A stretch of 64,000 nt of DNA from Flavobacterium sp. UBA7663. Lineage in GTDB: Bacteria; Bacteroidota; Bacteroidia; Flavobacteriales; Flavobacteriaceae. Shown here piece by piece: positions 56,660-64,000 of this stretch (the stretch's first letter is position 1; every line of letters starts with the position of its first letter). The notes under the pieces were generated by a model. It saw only the letters and a program-made list of their open reading frames with translations. It was not told where the DNA came from and made no database searches. Position numbers and translations under genes: made by a program. The DNA lies in NCBI RefSeq assembly GCF_002483315.1, contig NZ_DLHR01000001.1, positions 1,756-65,755 of the forward strand, given 5' to 3'.

Positions 56660-56699
56660 CTAATTATCAATTATCCATTGTTAATTATCAATTAAAAAC

Positions 56700-58994
56700 A
56701 TGAAAATAACAGTTATAGGTGGTGGTCCAGGCGGACTTTACTTTTCGATATTAACCAAAAAAGCAATGCCTCATTGCCAAATTGATATTTACGAGCGCAA
56801 TAAACCTGATGATAGTTTTGGTTTTGGTGTCGTATTTTCAGACGAAACCTTAGGGGAATTCCTAAAACGCGACATGCAATCATATGAACTCATTCGAAGT
56901 AAATTTGCGTATTGGGATGATATTATTGTGGCTCGTGATGGTGAATCAGTAAACATTGCCGGAAATGGATTCTGTGGTTGTTCCAGAAAAACATTGTTGC
57001 AATTATTACAACAAAGATGTGTTGAAGAAGGCGTAAATCTGCATTTCGAACAAAATGTAGATGATTTATCTCGATTTGCGGATTCGGATATTATATTAGC
57101 TTCTGACGGAATTGCAAGTGCCATCCGAACAAAACATGAGAATGAATTTGGAACTAAAATCGAATTAAAGAAAAACCGCTTCGTTTGGTTAGGCTCCACA
57201 AAACCTTTAGATGCCTTCACTTATTTCTTTAGAAGTACACCTCACGGAACCATTGTTGCGCACTCCTATCAATATGAAGAAGGCATGAGTACGTGGATTT
57301 TTGAATGTAGCGATGAAACGTGGCAAAAACACGGTTTTGAAGTTACAAATGAAGAAGATACCATGGCAAAAATCGCCGAAATCTTCAAAGAGGAACTAGA
57401 CGGACATCCACTAATCTCAAACAAATCACATTGGCGTCAATTTCCACATGTAACGAATGAAAAATGGAGTCATAATAATATTGTTTTGTTAGGCGATGCT
57501 AAAGCTACTGCCCACTACTCTATTGGTTCAGGAACAAAATTAGCCATGGATTGTGCGATTGGTTTATCTGATGCCGTAATTGCAAATCCAAACAACGTGC
57601 AAGCTGCCTTTGAACAATATGATAAAACCCGAAGAAATACGGTAGAAATGATTCAGTATGCGGCCGTAGTTTCTTTAGATTGGTTCGAAAATATGGACCG
57701 TCACATGCAACACCCATTTCAGCAATTTGCATTTGGATGTATGACACGTTCGAAAAAAGTAACGTATGAAAATTTACGTTTAAGAGATAGCTCGTTCACG
57801 GATAAAGTTTTAGAAGAGTTCAATGACAATTACAATGTTAATATCAAAAATCAATCAGCAGCCTTTTCAAAATTCAAATTAAGAAATTTAGAACTGCAAA
57901 ACCGAATTGTGATGTCATCGATGGGACAATATTCCGCTGTTGATGGTGTAGTTTCAGATTGGCATTTGGTGCATTATGGAAGTCGTGCTACGGGTGGTAT
58001 AGGATTAATCATTACAGAAATGACGGCTATTTCAGAAACTGGAAGAATTACAGAAGGTTGCGCGGGAATTTATAATGCAGAGCAATTGAATCAATGGAAA
58101 AAAATTACAGATTTCATTCATAATAATACTTCTACTAAAATAGGAATTCAATTAGGACATTCGGGACGAAAAGGTGCTACCAAAAAACCTTGGGAAGGCA
58201 ACGAACCAATTGAAACACCTTGGAATTTAATTTCCGCTTCTCCTATTCCATTCAATGAAAATTTCGCAACACCAAAAGAAATGTCTTTGGAAGATATGGA
58301 AGAAATAAAAACACAATTGATTCAAGCGACCAAAAATGCAGATGAAGCTGGGTTTGATATGATTGAATTACAAGCGCATCATGGCTTTTTATTGGCTTCT
58401 TTCTTATCGCCATTAACTAATATTCGTTCGGATGAATTTGGTGGAAGTATCGAAAATCGTTTAAAATATCCTTTGGAAGTATTTAAAGCAATTCGTGAAG
58501 TATTTCCAACTGAAAAACCAATCTCGGTGCGAATTTCAGCAACTGATTGGGTAGAAAACGGAATTTCAGAACAAGAAGTAATTACAATCGCAACTGCTTT
58601 TAAAAATGCAGGAGCTGACATCATTAATGTTTCAACAGGAAATACTGTAGCAGGTCAAAAACCATTAACAGGTAGAATGTGGCAAACGCCTTTTTCGGAT
58701 GCCGTTCGAAATACCATTCATATTCCAACCATTACTGCGGGCTATATTCAGGATATCGACCAAATTAATACCATAATTCTTAACGGAAGAGCCGATTTAG
58801 TTGCTTTAGGACGTCCTTTATTGTTGGATGCAAATTTTGTGAGAAATGCACAAGCTTACGAACAATTTCAAGCAAATGACATCCCAAATCCATATAAAAT
58901 GGGCGTTTCACATTTGTATCCGCTAAAAGCTTCGGAAAGAAAACAAGTGGAAGGAATGAAAAAAGCATTAAAACCGAAAAGTAATAAGAAGTAA
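56700..58994 (+). CDS. bifunctional salicylyl-CoA 5-hydroxylase / OYE-type oxidoreductase (2-aminobenzoyl-CoA monooxygenase-reductase family)
   Basis: 764 aa. N-terminal FAD monooxygenase (VIGGGPGGLY, LLGDAKATAHYSIGSG) fused to an Old-Yellow-Enzyme-like domain (NRIVMSSMGQY, HGFLLASFLSP). Confidence 0.75.
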   Translation: MKITVIGGGPGGLYFSILTKKAMPHCQIDIYERNKPDDSFGFGVVFSDETLGEFLKRDMQSYELIRSKFAYWDDIIVARDGESVNIAGNGFCGCSRKTLLQLLQQRCVEEGVNLHFEQNVDDLSRFADSDIILASDGIASAIRTKHENEFGTKIELKKNRFVWLGSTKPLDAFTYFFRSTPHGTIVAHSYQYEEGMSTWIFECSDETWQKHGFEVTNEEDTMAKIAEIFKEELDGHPLISNKSHWRQFPHVTNEKWSHNNIVLLGDAKATAHYSIGSGTKLAMDCAIGLSDAVIANPNNVQAAFEQYDKTRRNTVEMIQYAAVVSLDWFENMDRHMQHPFQQFAFGCMTRSKKVTYENLRLRDSSFTDKVLEEFNDNYNVNIKNQSAAFSKFKLRNLELQNRIVMSSMGQYSAVDGVVSDWHLVHYGSRATGGIGLIITEMTAISETGRITEGCAGIYNAEQLNQWKKITDFIHNNTSTKIGIQLGHSGRKGATKKPWEGNEPIETPWNLISASPIPFNENFATPKEMSLEDMEEIKTQLIQATKNADEAGFDMIELQAHHGFLLASFLSPLTNIRSDEFGGSIENRLKYPLEVFKAIREVFPTEKPISVRISATDWVENGISEQEVITIATAFKNAGADIINVSTGNTVAGQKPLTGRMWQTPFSDAVRNTIHIPTITAGYIQDIDQINTIILNGRADLVALGRPLLLDANFVRNAQAYEQFQANDIPNPYKMGVSHLYPLKASERKQVEGMKKALKPKSNKK

Positions 58995-59003
58995 TTAGGG
59001 ATT

Positions 59004-60593
59004 ATGAAACATTACGAAGATAATTTCGCTCACAATAGCTTACCTGCTCTGGAATTACAACCAGAATATACCTTTTTGGATTTACTGCAATTCCAACATC
59101 CAGAAATGCTGAATTGTGTAGATAGATTGTTAGATAGCCATATTCGAGAAGGTCGTGGAAATAACATTTGTATTCGCACGTTTGAGGAAACTTGGACCTA
59201 TCAAGATTTGTTTGAAAAAGCCAATCAAATAGCTCACGTTTTGGTAGATGATTTAGGTTTAAAATCGGGTAATCGCGTTTTGATTCGTTCAGCAAATAAT
59301 CCAATGATGGTAGCGTGTTGGTTTGCTATTTTAAAAGTAGGTGGAATTGTTGTTGCAACCATGCCCTTGCTTCGTTCTAAAGAATTAACGACTATTATCG
59401 ATTGTGCTCAAATTTCTCATGTATTGTGCGATAAAGAATTGGAAGAAGAAATCCATTTGGTTAAGTCTGATTTCTTAAAACAAACGTGTTTTTATGGAAA
59501 TTCGCAATTGGAAGAATTAATGGCTTCTAAATCGAAAACTTTCGACAATTATCATTCCAAATCCGATTCCGTTGCATTGATTGGATTTACTTCAGGAACA
59601 ACAGGTTTGCCAAAAATGACAGCTCATTATCACAAAGATATTTTGAATATTTGTGAGGCGTTTCCACAATATTCGCTTCAACCTACTCCAAAGGATATTT
59701 TCACAGGAAGTCCACCATTAGGATTTACCTTTGGTTTAGGTGGATTAGTTTTGTTTCCGATGTATTTTGGCGCTTCGACATTTTTAATCGAAAAACCGAG
59801 TCCAGATTTGTTGTTAAAAGCGATTCAAGACTTTAAAATTACGATTTGTTTTACCGCTCCAACCGCTTGGCGAATTATCACCACAAAAGTAAATGATTAT
59901 GATATTTCGAGTTTGAGAAAATGTGTATCTGCTGGCGAAACTTTACCATTGAAAGTTTGGCAAGACTGGTATAATGCTACAAGTTTAAAAATTATTGACG
60001 GAATCGGAGCTACAGAAATGTTGCATATTTTTATTTCATCCAACGAAGAAAACATGAAACCTGGCGCTACTGGAAAAGCGATTACAGGTTACGAAGCTAA
60101 AATTATTGACAAAGAAGACAACGAGTTACCAAGAAACGATGCCGGAAGACTAGCCGTTCGAGGAATTACAGGTTGCAAATACCTAAACCGAGAAGAAAAA
60201 CAAAGAGAATACGTAGAAAAAGGTTGGAACATCACAGGTGATATTTTCCGTCAAGATGAAGAAGGTTATTTTTATTTTGTGGCGCGTGGTGATGATATGA
60301 TTATTTCTTCTGGGTATAATATTGCGGCAATTGAAGTAGAATCCGTACTTTTAACCCACGAAGATATTTTGGAATGTGCTGTAGTAGGTTTACCCGATGA
60401 AGAACGAGGCATGTTAGTTTGTGCGCATATTGTGTTACACGATACCACTAAAGCATCAGATGTAATGAAGAATCGTATTCAGCACTGGTTCAAAGAAGTA
60501 GCTGCTCCATATAAATATCCAAGAGTAATTAATTTTGTGGAATGTTTGCCGAAAACGGAGACTGGAAAAATACAGCGATTTAAGTTGAAATAA
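59004..60593 (+). CDS. aryl-CoA ligase (benzoate/2-aminobenzoate/salicylate-CoA ligase family)
   Basis: AMP-binding motifs GFTSGTTGLPK, GDIFRQDEEGYFYF and PKTETGKIQR. Confidence 0.8.
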   Translation: MKHYEDNFAHNSLPALELQPEYTFLDLLQFQHPEMLNCVDRLLDSHIREGRGNNICIRTFEETWTYQDLFEKANQIAHVLVDDLGLKSGNRVLIRSANNPMMVACWFAILKVGGIVVATMPLLRSKELTTIIDCAQISHVLCDKELEEEIHLVKSDFLKQTCFYGNSQLEELMASKSKTFDNYHSKSDSVALIGFTSGTTGLPKMTAHYHKDILNICEAFPQYSLQPTPKDIFTGSPPLGFTFGLGGLVLFPMYFGASTFLIEKPSPDLLLKAIQDFKITICFTAPTAWRIITTKVNDYDISSLRKCVSAGETLPLKVWQDWYNATSLKIIDGIGATEMLHIFISSNEENMKPGATGKAITGYEAKIIDKEDNELPRNDAGRLAVRGITGCKYLNREEKQREYVEKGWNITGDIFRQDEEGYFYFVARGDDMIISSGYNIAAIEVESVLLTHEDILECAVVGLPDEERGMLVCAHIVLHDTTKASDVMKNRIQHWFKEVAAPYKYPRVINFVECLPKTETGKIQRFKLK

Positions 60594-60631
60594 GTATAAA
60601 GATTTTAGTATTAAGTATCAAGACATATATA

Positions 60632-61051
60632 ATGAGTCAATTTACAAAACAAGAAAAAGTACGTTTCCAACATGTTGATTATGCAGGAATTGTCTTCTAT
60701 CCCCGATTTTTAGAAATGCTAAATTGTTTAGTAGAAGATTGGTTTGAAGAAGCCTTAGATCGTCCTTTTTCAAAAATGCACGAAACCAACGGTATTCCAA
60801 CGGTTGATTTAAAAATTCAATTCAAAAACGCTGCTAGATTAGGCGAAATCTTAACCAAAAAATTGTGGGTAAAAGAATTAAAAAATTCGTCAATTCTATG
60901 CGGATTTCAGTTTGTAAATGAAGCAGAAAATACCGTTTTAGAAGGCGAAGTCACTTTAGTAAACGTAGCTTTCAACCCAGAAAGAAACGGCATCAAAGCC
61001 GAACCTTTCACAGAAGAAATGAAGAAAAAAATTATGAATTACCAATTATGA
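60632..61051 (+). CDS. 4HBT/YbgC-type hotdog thioesterase
   Basis: 139 aa. VRFQHVDYAGIVFYPRFLEM motif with catalytic Asp. Confidence 0.75.
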   Translation: MSQFTKQEKVRFQHVDYAGIVFYPRFLEMLNCLVEDWFEEALDRPFSKMHETNGIPTVDLKIQFKNAARLGEILTKKLWVKELKNSSILCGFQFVNEAENTVLEGEVTLVNVAFNPERNGIKAEPFTEEMKKKIMNYQL

Positions 61052-61112
61052 ATTACGATTTAATCTCGTTTCAATTCATAATTCTTAATTTTAAATTCGT
61101 AATTATATAACT

Positions 61113-62093
61113 ATGGAATTCAAAAAATTTAAAGCTGCTACCGTTCAAACCTCACCTGTATTTCTAAATGTAGAAAAAACAGTTGATAAAGCCATTTCTT
61201 TCATTAAAGAAGCCAGTAGCAACGGAGCAAAATTAATCGCTTTTCCAGAGGTTTTTATCGCTGGATATCCGTATTGGAATTGGATTATGACGCCTGTTCA
61301 AGGGAGTAAATGGTATGAAGAATTGTATAAAAATTCGGTTGACGTATCAGGTCCTGAAATCAAAAAATTGTGCTTAGCGACAAAAGACAATGACATTCAT
61401 ATTGTAATGGGAATCAACGAACGAGGTAAAAGCTATGGCGAAATTTACAATACCAATTTAATCATTGACAACAAAGGTGTTATCGTTGGAAAACACAGAA
61501 AGTTAGTTCCTACATGGGCTGAAAAACTAACTTGGTCTTCAGGTGATGGCTCTTCGCTAAAAGTGTATGATACTGAAATTGGACCGATTGGAACCTTAGC
61601 TTGTGGTGAAAATACAAATACTCTAGCGCGTTTTACACTACTTTCTCAAGGTGAATTGATTCATATTGCCAATTATATTTCACTTCCTGTGGCTCCACCC
61701 GATTACGATATGGCGGAGGCGATTAAAATTCGTGCCGCAGCGCATTCGTTTGAAGGGAAATTGTTTACAATTGTTTCGTGTTCAACTGTTTCGCAAGAAA
61801 TTAAAGATGCCTTACGTGCCGATGTTCCGAATGTAGATGAATTGTTAGATAGAAAAAGTTCAGCTTTTTCAGGATTTATAGGTCCAAATGGCGCTGTTAT
61901 TGGGCAACCGCTAATCGATGAAGAAGGTATGGTGTATGCCGAAATTGATTTAGCAAAATGCATCCAACCGAAGCAAATGCACGATATTTTAGGACATTAT
62001 AATAGATTTGATATTTTTGATTTGCGTGTAAACACTGCTCCTACTCGAAAAATTACGTTTATTGATAATCACGAAGAGTTTAATAAGAGATAA
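61113..62093 (+). CDS. nitrilase (carbon-nitrogen hydrolase superfamily, branch 1)
   Basis: Glu-Lys-Cys triad contexts FPEVFIAGYP, HRKLVPT and LACGEN. Confidence 0.85.
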   Translation: MEFKKFKAATVQTSPVFLNVEKTVDKAISFIKEASSNGAKLIAFPEVFIAGYPYWNWIMTPVQGSKWYEELYKNSVDVSGPEIKKLCLATKDNDIHIVMGINERGKSYGEIYNTNLIIDNKGVIVGKHRKLVPTWAEKLTWSSGDGSSLKVYDTEIGPIGTLACGENTNTLARFTLLSQGELIHIANYISLPVAPPDYDMAEAIKIRAAAHSFEGKLFTIVSCSTVSQEIKDALRADVPNVDELLDRKSSAFSGFIGPNGAVIGQPLIDEEGMVYAEIDLAKCIQPKQMHDILGHYNRFDIFDLRVNTAPTRKITFIDNHEEFNKR

Positions 62094-62096
62094 AAA

Positions 62097-63347
62097 ATGA
62101 AAAAAATAATCATATTTTTATTTTCGTTGCTTCTATATTCTTGTACTAAGAAGGAAAAAACACATTCTTCTGAATTTCTTTTAGCTCAAAAGGAACTTAC
62201 AGAGCAATTGACAAAAATTAGTACGCAAACCGATTTCAATGGTTTTGGAGTAGCTATTTCAAACGAAAATGAAGTGTTATATCAAAATGGCTTTGGAATA
62301 GCTAATTTGGAACCCAAACAAAAATATGACGAAAATACGGTTCAAAATATTGCATCTGTATCGAAAACTTTTATTGGTATTGCCATACTTAAGGCACAAG
62401 AATTAGGAAAATTGCAATTGGATGACCCAATTAACAAATACCTTTCTTTCAAAGTCACCAATCCATATTATCCAAATATTCCAATTACCATTAGACAATT
62501 AACCACACATACTTCTTCAATAAATGATAATGAAGTTTATATGAAAAAAACAATCGTATTAAACGACACTATTAATCTTAAACAAAATCTTGATATTGAT
62601 ATTTCACCAACAAAATTTAATCCACCAAAGGCTAAAATAACTATAGAAGAATTTTTGAAAAACACATTGGATAATAGAGGTAAATGGTATTTAAAAGATG
62701 TATTTCTTAACAAAAAACCTGGTAAAATTTACAACTATTCTAACGTTGGAGCAACGCTTGCAGCTTTAGTATTAGAAAAAGCAACTGGTATTTCTTATGA
62801 TAAATTCACAACAGAACATATATTAAAACCACTTCAAATGAATTCATCTGGATGGAGCTTTGATTCGGTTAATTTTTCGAAATGCACAAACACCTTTCAA
62901 GACAAAAGAACTCCCTATCCATTTTATTCCTTAAATACCTATCCAGATGGTGGAATGCTAACAACTTCTAAGGATATGGGAAATTATATTAGTGAACTTT
63001 TGAAGGGATTTTTAGGAAAAGGTACTTTATTGAATAAAGAAAGTTATCAAGAATATTTTAGACCACAACTTCAAGCTAAAAACTTCATAGATAGAGATAC
63101 AAGCGAATATGGAGATTATAATATTGGTATTACCATGACTATTTTTCCATCGGGTAATTTTGGGCATTTTGGAGGAGATCCTGGACTTTTTTCCGTTATT
63201 CAATTTGATAAAAAGAAAAAAACAGCCAGATATTATATTATAAATACCAATCCAAGTGGACCAGAAACAAATAAATATCATAAGCAAATTAATGATGCTT
63301 TAGACATATATACAGAAAAACTAAATACATTAAGCAAATTAGAATAG
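62097..63347 (+). CDS. beta-lactamase-fold serine hydrolase (lipoprotein)
   Basis: Lipobox LYSC, SxxK motif SVSKTF and a YSN motif. Confidence 0.75.
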   Translation: MKKIIIFLFSLLLYSCTKKEKTHSSEFLLAQKELTEQLTKISTQTDFNGFGVAISNENEVLYQNGFGIANLEPKQKYDENTVQNIASVSKTFIGIAILKAQELGKLQLDDPINKYLSFKVTNPYYPNIPITIRQLTTHTSSINDNEVYMKKTIVLNDTINLKQNLDIDISPTKFNPPKAKITIEEFLKNTLDNRGKWYLKDVFLNKKPGKIYNYSNVGATLAALVLEKATGISYDKFTTEHILKPLQMNSSGWSFDSVNFSKCTNTFQDKRTPYPFYSLNTYPDGGMLTTSKDMGNYISELLKGFLGKGTLLNKESYQEYFRPQLQAKNFIDRDTSEYGDYNIGITMTIFPSGNFGHFGGDPGLFSVIQFDKKKKTARYYIINTNPSGPETNKYHKQINDALDIYTEKLNTLSKLE

Positions 63348-63371
63348 TTGTATACAATTTAAAATAATATT

Positions 63372-64000
63372 ATGGAAGAAAATAATTATTCAGACGATGT
63401 TTACGGAAGAGCTCGAGTTCAAGACTCTCCCGAATTAATTGCGTACTACAAAGAATTAGAGACACTTGGCGCTGGTGCCTTATGGACAGTGGCCAATGAT
63501 ATAGAACCTTGGGAACCACGCTCTTCTTCTGTTCCAATGCTTTGGAAATATGATGATTTACGCGAATTAGTCCTAAAATCATCCGAATTAGTAACTCCTG
63601 AACAAGCCGGAAGACGCGTAGTGTATTTGGTTAACGATAAACGAAAAGATGTTTCTGCTGCTGTGGGTTGGTTATACACCGGAATTCAAGTCACGCGTCC
63701 TGGAGAAAGTACTTCGGCGCATCGTCATCGTGCTTCTGCCCTACGTTTTATTATGGAAGGTGAAAAAGGATACACAGTTGTAGATGGCAATAAAATCATG
63801 TTAGAAGTCAATGATTTTGTAATTACACCGAATTCCACTTGGCACGAACATGGTGTTGAGGAAGGTGGAAAAACTTGTATTTGGCAAGATGGTTTGGATA
63901 TTCCGTTAGTCAATGCTTTAGAAGCGAATGATTATGCGGTTTATGATGGGAAACAACCCTTAACAGCGCCACTTAATTTTTCACCAATAACATATGGTTG
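63372..64000 (+). CDS. gentisate 1,2-dioxygenase, 3' end outside window
   Basis: Hand-translated from the ATG at 63372: MEENNYSDDVYGRARVQDSPELIAYYKELETLGAGALWTV...HRHRASALRFIMEGEKGY...WHEHG. These are cupin His motifs of gentisate dioxygenases. The ORF has no stop in the window and is therefore absent from the track. Confidence 0.8.
   Translation, partial: MEENNYSDDVYGRARVQDSPELIAYYKELETLGAGALWTVANDIEPWEPRSSSVPMLWKYDDLRELVLKSSELVTPEQAGRRVVYLVNDKRKDVSAAVGWLYTGIQVTRPGESTSAHRHRASALRFIMEGEKGYTVVDGNKIMLEVNDFVITPNSTWHEHGVEEGGKTCIWQDGLDIPLVNALEANDYAVYDGKQPLTAPLNFSPITYG

Noticed and set aside
56660-56699. Tandem word repeats considered as a possible mini-CRISPR or tandem-repeat locus
   Set aside because: There are only two or three copies of 7-12-mers, with no spacer-repeat periodicity of 25-40 nt and no cas genes in the window.
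63370-63913. Three minus-strand ORFs (63370-63582, 63446-63679, 63725-63913) at the right edge
   Set aside because: They are antisense shadows of the plus-strand gentisate 1,2-dioxygenase frame (63372 onward). That frame is absent from the track only because it has no stop codon within the window.

Overview
AT-rich chromosomal window with Bacteroidota/Flavobacteriaceae character (TTTG-N20-TAnnTTTG promoter boxes, weak Shine-Dalgarno signals, typical flavobacterial protein families). No rRNA, tRNA or CRISPR array was seen.

Gene content from left to right:
- 1-9.3 kb: housekeeping and envelope genes, including a saccharopine-dehydrogenase-like gene (5' partial), an MFS sugar permease, creD, a small wHTH regulator, a YiiX amidase and an LtaS-like sulfatase.
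- 9.4-12.4 kb: a thioredoxin-ApbE-DUF4266-DUF3570 operon.
- 12.4-21.9 kb: a metal-efflux island ordered OmpR-type regulator, CDF transporter, histidine kinase, small secreted protein, a 1445-aa CzcA fused to an outer-membrane factor, periplasmic adaptor, and a His-rich membrane protein.
- 21.9-29.3 kb: a complete hisGDCBHAF(IE) operon. It is preceded by a 17-codon leader peptide with five consecutive His codons and a rho-independent attenuator.
- 29.3-35.4 kb: miscellaneous envelope genes (OmpA-like, MscS, DUF3817 and others).
- 35.46-41.69 kb: the standout feature. This is a ~6.2-kb, integrase-less element with a rolling-circle Rep, resembling a small ssDNA phage. All 14 ORFs are on the minus strand. 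It is bracketed by two direct 28-bp dif-like (Xer) sites, so it is a candidate IMEX sitting at the chromosomal dif/terminus.
- 41.7-55.8 kb: an acetate/propionate utilisation block. It contains a DUF294 nucleotidyltransferase plus a DnaQ-like exonuclease, acs, prpE, a receiver-only response regulator, a histidine kinase with a solute-symporter domain, an SSS transporter with its DUF4212 partner, a porin and an orphan IS1 InsA-like protein.
- 56-64 kb: a salicylyl-CoA/gentisate-type aromatic cluster with an embedded nitrilase and a beta-lactamase-fold hydrolase. The gentisate 1,2-dioxygenase at the 3' end is partial and absent from the ORF track.

Several families of intergenic palindromic or word repeats are also present.
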